Source: Paecilomyces variotii (taxonomy: Eukaryota). From it: a DNA stretch of 64,000 nt. The number at the start of each line of letters is the position of its first letter. Within the stretch, counting starts at the first letter, position 1. A model generated the notes under the pieces. The model saw nothing but the letters and a program-made list of their open reading frames with translations, searched no databases and was not told the DNA's origin. This document shows positions 13,240-23,627 of this stretch, piece by piece. The translations under genes and the position numbers were made by a program. The stretch lies in the NCBI GenBank assembly GCA_004022145.1, contig RCNU01000004.1. The stretch is one strand, 5' to 3'.

Positions 13240-13660
13240 TTAGGACTTCGTCCCCATAAAGGATTGCTCCCCTGGATTCATGATGGAGTGGGAATCATCG
13301 AGGATCGTCTCGCCACGATAGTGCAGGAAAGCAACTTCGCTCTGGATAGCCCACGTTTTCCGCATGTGGGCGATCTCGAATCCACCGTTGTGCAGTAGTA
13401 CACCATTCAGCTGGGGCCGAACTCGATCACTCCGGACTGCGTTCTCGTAGAAGATCTCCGATGTTGGACGGTAAAGTATTTCATGGGAGCGGTACTGGAC
13501 GTTGAGCAGGGTCTTCGGATAGTCTTTCTTGACTATCCGCTCGAACGCAGATTCTCCCCACATCCCCTTGCCTTCATCGGTGAAGGCTGGAGGCGACAGT
13601 TGCTTGTGATCGCCAACCATAACGATTTGGGTCAAACTCTGGGAATTTCGAATGCAGGAC
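13240..13660 (-). pseudogene. Upf1/DNA2-like SF1 helicase internal fragment (motifs III-IV)
   Basis: IVMVGDHKQLSP, SAFER and LLNVQYRSHEILYRPTSEIFY are present. No Walker A or B motif upstream, and the frame stops after NPGE. Confidence 0.8.
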
Positions 13661-13979
13661 AAAGTCACCGCTGGTTTTCCGGTGCACAACGATTCTGATA
13701 ATGTAAGGCTCATTCCATTAAAAAGACGTGATATTATTCCATATTTAATGGGTAGCATCTAACGAAGACTTTCAATCTGAAGAAAAAAAGAGGAGAGGAT
13801 CCCGGGCGAAGTTTGTGGTGTTTTCACTTCAAGTTTCTCTCGCGGTATGATTGCTTTCCCTATCTTGAAGAGGTGTAGAAAACAGCCGGGAGTACTCCCG
13901 AAGCCTGCTGTGCCCGCGGACAGCGCCGTCACAGGTAAGTTGAGATCGACACGCTCGGTTTTTTTTGGATACTTTAAGT

Positions 13980-14745
13980 ATCAACTTCGATTAGCATTTA
14001 TTAATAGTGGAAGGGGTTAATGAACCTGCTCATTTTGTCGTGTTTTCCCATGGAGAAAGGAATTATGTGAGCTAGATCAGTATAAAGTAGAAGTATAAAG
14101 TAGACGTATAAAGTAGACGTAGACCAATTTGCTCTGCAGGAATCACGTTTCTCGCTGAGTGGTCATAAAACCCGGTAATCACGCAACGATAACTGTCCCG
14201 CTTTAAGTAGACATTTTGGCCCAAGTTGATCTTGATCCTTTCTACTAGGAAACTGGAGCATTGTCGCCACGGTTATTTCCAATTCAAATTCTGCATCTTC
14301 GAGGGAAGATGGAGTCACAGAAGGTGTTTTGCCTCCTTTAGCACGCACTGTACACGCTGAAATCAGCAGAAGTCATATGTTGAAGATCCAGGTATACTAA
14401 CTAGGAGTTCTCCTTTTTATTCGAGTGGCAGAAAGCCATTATCATATGAGTCATCTGGGAATTGAGTGAAAACACAAAATTTAATGTACCCATATGGGAT
14501 GAAGATTGCTCTATAAAAGTGCTCTGCAAGTTCAAATAATTTATTGTCGGGTTGTGATGCGGCGATGAATTTTGGGACTGTCATTTTCCCGTGTGCAGAG
14601 GTAAATATTTAACAAAACTTGTCAAAACTCGCTGTATATCATCTGAATGCGACCGCCTCACGTAATGTGACAATCTGTCTTTTAATTTATTACTCTCCTC
14701 AGGGAGGAACAAGAGAGATATGAGTAGGCTGTTGTCGTCAGCCAT
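13980..14745 (-). pseudogene. Degenerate, 3'-truncated paralog of the HNH gene
   Basis: KDRLSHYVRRSHSDDIQRVLTSFVKYLP and MRAKGGKTPSVTPS align with the 11241..12416 protein, with the same intron positions. It has frameshifts near 14595 and 14200, a tandem insertion near 14080-14120, and loses homology after intron 2. Confidence 0.85.
14080..14124. repeat. 13-bp tandem repeat (GTATAAAGTAGAM) x3
   Basis: gtataaagtagaa gtataaagtagac gtataaagtagac gtagac read directly. Confidence 0.85.
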
Positions 14746-15299
14746 TTCGACGGGCCAAATCCGCAGCTCGATAGCGATACTCTGGTAATGATGAAAGGAT
14801 ACCAATGCAGTGGCAAGGCTACACAAGTAGAGAGGCAATACAAGTTCGGACTCTTGATAGCAGTAGAGTCTCAGCTACGGTATCGAGCTGGAGGGTTTCT
14901 CGTAATCACAAAATAATCTGTTGAAGATCTAGGCAAACTAACTAGGAGTTCTCCTTTTTGGTCGACCGGGAGAAAGCCATCGTAGTCTCTTTCCCTTGAA
15001 CTCAAGTTCAAGAGAAATAAGATTGGTTATTCTTAGAGAAGGATCCGGACTTGAAGGGAGCAAGGTAAGGAATAAATAATCGGAGAGTCGAGGAGAAAGG
15101 TCGAGGTGGAAAGAAGATGTGAAAAGGAAGGAAAAGGTCGTCACGGCATCAGGAAACGAGTTTGCAGATAAGCAAAGCAGAAATGAGAGATCGAGCTGAT
15201 GGCTTTTTGCTCGAAAGTACCTGTTGGGAGAAAGGGGAGGTAAGAAGCTAAGTCCCTATGGAGTAGGGGAGTAGCTACGTAAATACCTGAGGGATCCGA

Positions 15300-15446
15300 T
15301 TTACTAGACCTAATCTGGATTTCGTTTACTAGACCTAATTGGGATTTCGATTAGCAAGGTACTAGTCCTAATTGGTATTTTGATCATTACCTCCAGGGCT
15401 ACCTAGGTAGGTACGTAGTCCTCGTCTACTAGTCCTAATTGGGATC
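15300..15446. repeat. Four direct repeats of TACTAG(A/T)CCTAAT(T/C)(G/T)G with an internal CTACCTAGGTAG palindrome
   Basis: Copies at about 15301, 15326, 15360 and 15427. A perfect 12-bp palindrome lies at 15399-15410. Confidence 0.85.
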
Positions 15447-15985
15447 ACAAATCTCGAATTGGAAGCCCGCACATTGCAGCTCTTCCGAGATCGTTTGTTT
15501 GTTTTGTTTGTTTATTTGTTTTATTCCTTACTCTGTTGAATACGGCCCCTATGCAAGTTGCTCATTGGTGTGCATATCTAGTTGCCCACAAGGGAGTGAC
15601 GTAGCCGTGTGAATGTCTATCTGTCAATTTAGGATAATCTCCCAGACAGTAATTGTCGAATGTAGGTGAGACCATCGAGTAAATAATAAGTGCAAAAAAA
15701 GAATGATGGAAGCTTCGAAGTTCATGGCAGCTTCGGCGGGGCACAGAACGAGCTTCGCGCTAACTACAGTAAGTTGATTACCCGCGTTGGCGTAGCTTAA
15801 TGATCATTGGGGATCTCCAGAAGACATTTCGTGTCCTTTGCGGAGAGCTTTCTACAGCGTGGCCTCTTCTTTTGAGTGATCTCCTTTAATAATCGCCAGG
15901 CTCTCTATACTATGTTCCAAATCTGCCTGGTATCATTGAATAGATGTTAACTGCGGGTGGAAGCTGAGAGGACAACCTCGACGAT

Positions 15986-17528
15986 ATGGACCAGACCTAC
16001 AAAGCTCGAAAAGAGGCCTTTGTGTCCAATCTCTCTGGAGGAGAGATCACGGAGATCAACAGTGTGACTCTTGTTGCGTCGGTGAGTTCCAACTGTTCCG
16101 ATGTTCAGCGCACAATATTGACCACGATGGCTCCAGACAGCTGTCCTTCTCTGGTCTGCTCTCCAATCCCGCATCTCCTTCTTCACCCCATACAGTGCCC
16201 CGGCGCTTGTAGTCGACTTCCTTCTCAATGTTGGCGCGATCCTATTCTCGTTTACCGTGTATTCCTCCTCGTCCGTCCTACTGAACATCCTACTTGCATC
16301 GCCGGCAATTTTACTCCTGCTTAGTCCGAAGAGATCCTGGAAAGCGCAGAAGGCGAAGCCTCCGCGCTCGACTTCAGGAAAAGATGCTACCTCCAAACAA
16401 ACTTCCAGTGACCTGGATCCATTTCCAGTTCACCCGTTTCTTACGACATACCGCGCGGCTATGATGATAGCCACCTGCGTTGCTATTCTCGCAGTTGACT
16501 TCCGTGTCTTCCCGAGGCGCTTCGCAAAAGTCGAAAATTGGGGCACCTCTCTGATGGATCTGGGTGTTGGATCTTTCGTCTTTTCTGCCGGAGTTGTATC
16601 AGCGCGGTCTGTTCTCAAGGAACAATCGAGAGCGACTTTGCCGCGGAGATTGATCGCATCGATCCGGCACTCGATTCCTCTCTTCGCCCTAGGATTCATA
16701 CGGCTATTGAGCGTCAAGGGTCTAGATTATGCAGAGCATGTGACGGAGTATGGCGTGCATTGGAACTTCTTCTTTACCTTGGCGCTGTTGCCTCCATTTG
16801 TCGAGATCTTTCATTCCTTGACTGCAGTAGTGCCCTGGTATGAGCTCCTTGCTCTGACCATCGCAGTCGCGTATCAGGTAGCGCTTGAGTCCACGGATCT
16901 GAAGGGCTATATTCTCGTGTCGCCGCGCGGACCTGATCTCCTTTCGAAGAACCGAGAAGGTGTGTTCTCGTTCATCGGCTACTTGGCCATCTTTCTGGCC
17001 GGCCGTGCTAGCGGTGTCCGGATCATTCCTCGCGGCACTGGTCTGTCGAAGACACCACAGCAAGCAAGGAGGAGTGTCCTGATCAGCCTGGCCCTCGAAA
17101 CTGCGGTGTGGTCTGGGCTATTCTTCTTCAATTCGACCTATGCCTTTGGCTATGGAGCCGGTATTCCAGTTTCGCGCCGATTGGCCAACATGCCGTACGT
17201 TCTCTGGATCGCTGCGTTCAACAACGCGCAACTTTTCGTGTTTTGCCTGATCGAGACGGTCTTCTTCCCCTCTGCACATCAGGCGACGGACAAGGATAGC
17301 GAATCCGAACAGATTTCTTTTGCCACGAGCCGAGTCATGGCGGCATTCAACAAGAACGGACTGGCTGTCTTCCTGGTCGCGAATCTGCTTACTGGGGCTG
17401 TCAACCTTGGGATACACACGCTTGATGCGAAAACGCCGCAAGCCATGGCTGTCTTGATGGTGTACGCAGCTGCCGTAACGGCCGTGGCAATGGGGCTCGA
17501 CTGGTCTGGTATTAAGTTGAAATTGTAG
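15986..17528 (+). CDS. GWT1: GPI-anchored wall transfer protein 1 (inositol acyltransferase, PIG-W)
   Basis: MDQTYKARKEAFVSNLSGG start and one intron (~16082-16136). Motifs AILAVDFRVFPRRFAKVENWGTSLMDLGVGSFVFS, EHVTEYGVHWNFFFTL, NREGVFS and VSRRLANMPY. Confidence 0.96.
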
Positions 17529-18062
17529 GATATGAAATTAAGAAATGTTATGTTACTAATATGAGCTCTTTCTTTGGACCGTATATAGATTCACAAATTT
17601 AGCGTAGTTGTTCGGCTGGCTACCCTGCAGATCAGGTTGATCAACCAACATGTGGACTAAATAAGCAGCTTGTGTGACCTTCCTGTGCAAGAAACACTAT
17701 ATACCATAGCAAGATGTACTCCATAAAAAACATCACGAAACACAAACAGCACGGTTTCCAAGACCATCGAGTCACAATAGCTCATCCTCCAACGTGGGCT
17801 TCACGCCCCACGGAAGCTCCAAAATCTCACCAGCTGATCGAATAAGCTTTAGCGTAGCTAGATAGTTGAAGTTCCTCCGCTTTCCAGGTTTCAAATGAAC
17901 CGCGGCTTCTTAAGTATGCGGGCCGAGCTGAGATCGTCAGCATGTCGGTAAGCAGACTTGCTCCGGTTGTCGATAACTCATCGTGATCATAATAATAATT
18001 GCTTCTTGCTTCTCCTCTCAGCATCCAACAGGAAAAGACAGTAACGATACGAAACGAGTGCA

Positions 18063-20191
18063 ATGACCATGGGAAACGTTGACACGCCCCGATTTTATAA
18101 TTATCCTATTCCTCGTGCGGGACCGGATGTTCCGTATGAGAATGAGACGCAGGTCATTCCTGTCTTTCGCGGGTTGCCGTTGGAACTTGGAGCTTTCGTG
18201 TAAGTTGCTGGGTTTTCTTTTCTTTTTCTCTGTTCCGATGAAGATCATGGGCTTCTACACACGTTTAAGGAACGTTCTTGATTGTGACAGCCTTTTGAGA
18301 TCGCAAAGAAAACTAACGACTGGGGGGGAGAAATGGCACAGCATCTCCAATGTCGGCCTTGTTCAGAGCCACTTCTGGCGCAATGCGGGATTCGACGTCA
18401 TCCACGATATCAAGCAGCTCGATAGCTATACTGCGCGATTCGATCCGACTGTGATCCCTATCACGGATGCGTCTGCCCCGAAACAGTCCCTCCCGGCCCC
18501 GACAGAGCGTAAAGGCAACGGTACCGCGTACTACACTTCCGCAGACTACCACGCGCGATATCTTTCCGGAGAGCTCACGCCTACTGCTGTGGTTGAGGCC
18601 CTGCTGCCTCTGATCCGCCGTGATGTTTCGCCTCCGGGGAAGCATTCGGTTGCATTCCTGGAATCACACGTTGAATCTGTTCGTGCTGCAGCAGAGGCAT
18701 CCACGCAGCGATACAAGAACGGGAAGCCACTGGGTCCGCTGGACGGAGTGCCCGTGGCAGTCAAGGATGAGGTGCATGTGAAGGGGTATGAGAGAACGCT
18801 GGGAAGCAAGATTGACATGAAGGGGAATATCGATGAGACCTCGTGGTGCGTGAAGAAGTGGGAGGAAGCTGGAGCTATCATGATCGGGAAGACTACAATG
18901 CATGAGTTTGGACTAGGTGCGTCTTCCTTTTGTCTGAAGTCGCAGCTCAATTGTGGAATAATCGCCGTTGAACTGTGTCGTGTCATACCACTTCCCTATT
19001 TCGCAACATCTATCAAGGTTTCACCCACCACAGCTAACACGTCTCGCAGACACGACCAACAACAATCCAATCTACGGCACACCAAAGAATCCTCATCATT
19101 CACAATACTACTGCGGAGGCTCCTCCGGTGGCTCTGGCTATGTGGTCGCAGCAGGCCTCGTCCCAATTGCATTGGGCGCTGACGGCGGAGGCTCGATCCG
19201 TCTTCCCTCCAGCTTCTGTGGCATCTGGGGTCTCAAACCGAGTCATGGAAGAATCTCAGGAGCTCCCACAGTCGGTCTCGCTACAACCGTAGGAGTATAT
19301 GGCCCCATGGCAGCTAGCATCGATGATCTAGCGCTATCCTACCGCATCATGGCGGCTCCTGCTCCAACGGCTGAGGATCCCACTTCTGCCCTCTTCCCAG
19401 ACCCTCTCTCTACCATTCCATCCACCAAGCAGAAGAAGGTCATAGGTATCTTCCGTCCCTGGATCGAGCGCTCAGAAGCTCCCGTCCGAGCCATATTCGA
19501 CGCCGCTCTAGACTATTACCGCACCCAACAAGACTACACCGTCATCGACATCTCTATTCCCTACCTCCCCGAAGGCCAGCGCGCACACGTCGTAACCATC
19601 ATGGCTGAGATCGCCTCTGGTATCACCCCCAGTCAGATCAAGAAACTGACAGCACCCAACAAAATCCTTGTCAGCATGGGCGCCCACCAAATCAAAGCGC
19701 AGGACCTCATCGCCGCTCAACGTCTGCGCCAACTCCTCATGGCCCATCTCGCGCATGTCTTCGAGCAATACCCCGGCCTCATCATCTTCACGCCCACCAC
19801 GCCCATGCCCGGCTGGAAGATCGAGCGAGGCGATGCCGACCTCTCCCACGGCGTCAGCGACGCCAAAGCCTCCGTCCGAAACATGGAATATGCCTTCCTT
19901 GCCAACTTCACCGGTTGTCCCGCCATTAACTGTCCGGCAGGCTACCTCCGCGATGACGACAAGGGTTCCGTCCCCGTTGGAATCATGGGAATGAGCGAAT
20001 GGGGCAGTGAAGAGATACTGATCGATTTCGCTAGAGATGGACAGGGAATTCTAGATTTGGATCTTGGCGCAAAGATATCTTCTACGACTAAAGCACGAGA
20101 AGAAGAAGAAACCGGTCTGAGGAAACCAAGTGGGAACAGCACTACGTGGGTGGATGTCTTTTCTGAAGTGGAGAAAAACGTTAGTGTTTGA
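18063..20191 (+). CDS. Amidase-signature family protein (FAAH/GatA-like), 3 exons
   Basis: LDGVPVAVKD, GKTTMHEFG, CGGSSGGS and GADGGGSIRLPSSFCG. Introns at about 18200-18342 and 18917-19049. ATG at 18063 gives MTMGNVDTPRFYNYP. Confidence 0.92.
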
Positions 20192-20485
20192 TTACTGTAG
20201 TATGATATTGGTATATATATATTGGTGTGGTCTTCTTTTGTTTTTTGGGGGGCATCACGCGCATAATGTCAGGATATGATGTTCGTGTTTGGAACAGTAA
20301 TGGATCCGCTCTTTATATATAATTACAGTGCAAGTTTTGTATTCCTTCCTTACAAGTAGATGTGTTCCTATAAGAGTCACTAATCTAGAAGCAGTCATAA
20401 ACCAGGTTCTTCTTAGCTAAGTTTTAGCAATAAGCCTCTTTTCTCGTAGCTAATGTTCCATGATAGGCGAAGACGACCATGTCGT

Positions 20486-22447
20486 TTACAGGAATCCGGG
20501 AAGACCGAGTATCGCGGGCGTCCCAGTCGCTACCCCATTCCCATCTCTGGGAGTGGTGCGATATTGCACCGACTGAATGACGTCGCTCATCGACGTCGCC
20601 AGCCCAGCGTGGACATAGATTGTCTCAGTGATCGGACCGCCGGGAGGACCACATGCTCCAGACAGCTCTCCGTACAGCAGACCACATATCTGCCCCATGT
20701 TATCCAGAACGAACGAACCCGAGTCCCCCGAAATGCAGAACGATGTCTGGGCATGCATGGGCTCGCCGGTGGACTTGTCGAGAATGACATACTCCTCTGT
20801 CAGATTCGACGCCACGTTGACCTCGTTGCCCTGCTCATCATAGCGGAGCTGGTCTTCCTTAGGCCGATTACAATAAGCCAGTGTTCCGTTACATATACCG
20901 GCTGTGAGACCGGTCGTCCTGCCTACCTTGACGTAGTAGGCGCCCTTTTCAAGCTTCCCAAATGGCCCTAAAACCGATCCTTCTGGAGCCACAGCCAGAT
21001 GATGGCCGTACATGGATGGGAGCTTCTTCAGCGGGATGTGAGGCATTGTATTTGATCCGAATACTTCGGGGGAATCAGCCTCGACAAACGCCCAGTCAAT
21101 GATCTTCTTCGAGACGATGGACTTCCCCGACGAAACCAACACCTTGCCTATGGGCAAGGGCATAGATTTGACCACCGCCAGCTTCTCTTTGGTCTCTGCC
21201 AATGCTTTCTCATTAATGCCAAGCCGAGTTTCCATATAGGGATGTATTCGTGCGCCGACGGCTACCCATTCTTCTTGCTCTGCTCGCAACTTCTGCACTT
21301 CCTTTTCAAGAGAGGCAACGTGCTCGTTGGCGTCCTGCAAGGTTGCTTCGATGTCTTTTTCTGCAAAGTAGAGTACATCGACTTGGGTTTGGTCGGGCCT
21401 CGAAATGGCGGACCCATGGCGATCAGCCAGAAGTTTCACGTCCTCATCCGCAGAACTGGGCGGCTGCACAACATGGTAATTGGTGAGAACTCCCTTGCGG
21501 ACAAGTCCATTCTCTGTCAAAGTAACGAACCCCCCCATCGTGCCCCCTCCCCTTTCACCCCTAACTCCTATCGAACATCCCATTTCGATACGTGAGTCAC
21601 ACCTCATGCGTGACAAGAATATTACACCTGGGCTAGACTTTTGTGCCTCTTTTTGCTTCGGTTCCGGACTCGATAGAGACATGCCTCCCGGCAGGAACTC
21701 AATGGTGATCTCGGTTGTCACTTGCCGTCGCAGAGAGATCTCGAGAACCGCGAAATCACAATACACGCCAGGGTCTACCATAATGACAACAGCTGGTACT
21801 GCCTTGTCCTCTGTCAGTCCAAAATTGAACAGACACATGACCCTCCAAGAGGAACCCAGGTTGGTATTAAGCTGTTCCACGAGCCCGAGTTTTGCTCTTT
21901 CGTAGGCTTCGACCGCCTTATGGTTAGGATCAATCGCAAATAGCGAGGGTTTAAAACACAGATCATAGTGGACAATCTCCACGTGGACGTCGTAGATATC
22001 CCGAGTCAAAAGGAAGTCATAAATCGCATCCTTGGCAGGACCTAGGACCCGTGGGACCACCATCTGGAGACGGAACAGGAGTCTCAACATGGTTACAGGC
22101 TCTTCCCCGCCTGGATAACCCGGTTTGGTGTCTTCGACAACCTCGAAGGCAGGCTGATCGTGGAATCCATGGTCTCGAAGGATTTCTAGGATGTCTGCGT
22201 GATACGCGAGAACCCGCGCTCGGACTGGTTCGGGGGCGTCTTTAGAAAGAAGAGGATATGGCAGAGGATTCGAGACGCTCGTTGAGCGATATGGATCGCT
22301 GCGGTATAGGTAGTGCTCGATCGATATATGACCACTCGCGTCGTCCGATTCTCGAAGCTCCCGTCGACGCTTTCTTGGTGAATCTGGAGGGGTCGGCAGG
22401 GCACCCTCAGGGGACAGAGGCCGCAGTCGGGGGAAAGGCTCTGCCAT
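20486..22447 (-). CDS. Intronless cytoplasmic/nuclear trypsin-fold serine protease (Ssy5/NAL1-like), 653 aa
   Basis: GTMGGFV, LTNYHVV (His), IDWAFVE (Asp), KVGRTTGLT and GDSGSFV (Ser). No signal peptide. N-terminal PRKRRR. Confidence 0.82.
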   Translation of the reverse strand: MAEPFPRLRPLSPEGALPTPPDSPRKRRRELRESDDASGHISIEHYLYRSDPYRSTSVSNPLPYPLLSKDAPEPVRARVLAYHADILEILRDHGFHDQPAFEVVEDTKPGYPGGEEPVTMLRLLFRLQMVVPRVLGPAKDAIYDFLLTRDIYDVHVEIVHYDLCFKPSLFAIDPNHKAVEAYERAKLGLVEQLNTNLGSSWRVMCLFNFGLTEDKAVPAVVIMVDPGVYCDFAVLEISLRRQVTTEITIEFLPGGMSLSSPEPKQKEAQKSSPGVIFLSRMRCDSRIEMGCSIGVRGERGGGTMGGFVTLTENGLVRKGVLTNYHVVQPPSSADEDVKLLADRHGSAISRPDQTQVDVLYFAEKDIEATLQDANEHVASLEKEVQKLRAEQEEWVAVGARIHPYMETRLGINEKALAETKEKLAVVKSMPLPIGKVLVSSGKSIVSKKIIDWAFVEADSPEVFGSNTMPHIPLKKLPSMYGHHLAVAPEGSVLGPFGKLEKGAYYVKVGRTTGLTAGICNGTLAYCNRPKEDQLRYDEQGNEVNVASNLTEEYVILDKSTGEPMHAQTSFCISGDSGSFVLDNMGQICGLLYGELSGACGPPGGPITETIYVHAGLATSMSDVIQSVQYRTTPRDGNGVATGTPAILGLPGFL

Positions 22448-22735
22448 GATGACTGGTCGATGGTTGATGCTGTATGGAGGCGTTGTGTTGAGCTGGGAAG
22501 TGCAGAAAGCGAGTCATGCGAGGTATTCAAGTAGACTGGAGTCAAGGAGTATGGAAGTAGCGAGATTGTGCAGGCAGCAGCCACAGTCGCTGGTCCTGGT
22601 CGGGTTTAGTTTTTGCAGGCAAACACACCTCTGAGAGCAGTCACACCTTCCTATATGTAAACAAGCTGATGTCACGGGTTTCTACTGGGCTTCCGGAAGA
22701 AAGAAGAAGCCGAATGAAGTTCAGTAGTAAAATGC

Positions 22736-22917
22736 AGACTCAGAATCTGAGGTTATCACTCAGGTTGGGAACAATTCGAGGCGGGAGAGAGAACAACGCA
22801 GTCCTCATGAGAGACGCCGTGGACGTCCCCGGAGGGCGAGTTTTTGACAGGTATGAAGGATCAGACTCACAATCTGAGGTTATCACTCACGTTAGTAACA
22901 ATTCGAGATGGGAATGA
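22736..22917. repeat. Pair of ~52-bp direct repeats with internal inverted symmetry
   Basis: agactcagaatctgaggttatcactcaggttgggaacaattcgagg (22736) versus agactcacaatctgaggttatcactcacgttagtaacaattcgaga (22863). Confidence 0.88.
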
Positions 22918-22920
22918 CAC

Positions 22921-23060
22921 GAGATGACGAGAATACGAGAAGATGATGGCACACGATGGGGATGAATGAGATGAAGAGGATACAAGAAGATGATGATACA
23001 CGATGGGGATGAAATGAGATGATGAGGATACAAGATGATGATGATACGATGGGGATGAAA
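22921..23060. repeat. ~47-bp purine-rich minisatellite x3
   Basis: The unit gagatgaNgaggatacaagaagatgatgatacacgatggggatgaa(a)t occurs three times imperfectly. Confidence 0.88.
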
Positions 23061-23627
23061 AGAAGTAACCACTGTTCTCGGTTGAGCGTATATACGTATA
23101 GTTATGCATACACACATACACAGAGAGAGCCCCCTCATAAGTAAGGCAGGAGCGATATCTCGATAGTCCTCCCAAGAACCAATGGCAGGTGTGGGGGTGA
23201 ATGACTGAAAAGAATGGAGAAAACACCCAAGGGACAAGTTAGCATTGCTACTTATATGTAGAAAAGCCAACCGAAAGTTGAATAAATATATAAAGTATAT
23301 TATCTATTACTACGAACGATACACATAACATACTCCACAACACCGGACCAAGTCTAGATAATCGTACGGTTGACCTTTATGCTCCCATGCCCGATGCCGT
23401 TCTGCTGTAATAAATATGCCCACGCATCCCAATGCCACGCCGGGCAAAGATAAAAAAAGAATCTCACAGAAGACCACCAGTCCGTTCCTGTGTCCGTATC
23501 AATACCGAAAGTTATCATTAACAAGCAATTCCGAATAGAAAAATGATATCCGTAATGTAGCCTTTTACTTTCAGAAGCCAGAACCTCTAACAATGAGCCT
23601 CCTGAAAAAAAAAAAAAAACCGGCGCT

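Noticed and set aside
15300-15446. CRISPR-like array
   Set aside because: Eukaryotic context, no cas genes, and spacers are absent or irregular (about 0-40 bp).
22867-23270. His/Ser/Ile-rich ORFs
   Set aside because: They are translations of the minisatellite.
10800-23300. Starship or canonical DNA transposon spanning the accessory genes
   Set aside because: No tyrosine-recombinase captain, DDE transposase, matching TIRs or TSD seen, and conserved GWT1 and amidase lie in between.
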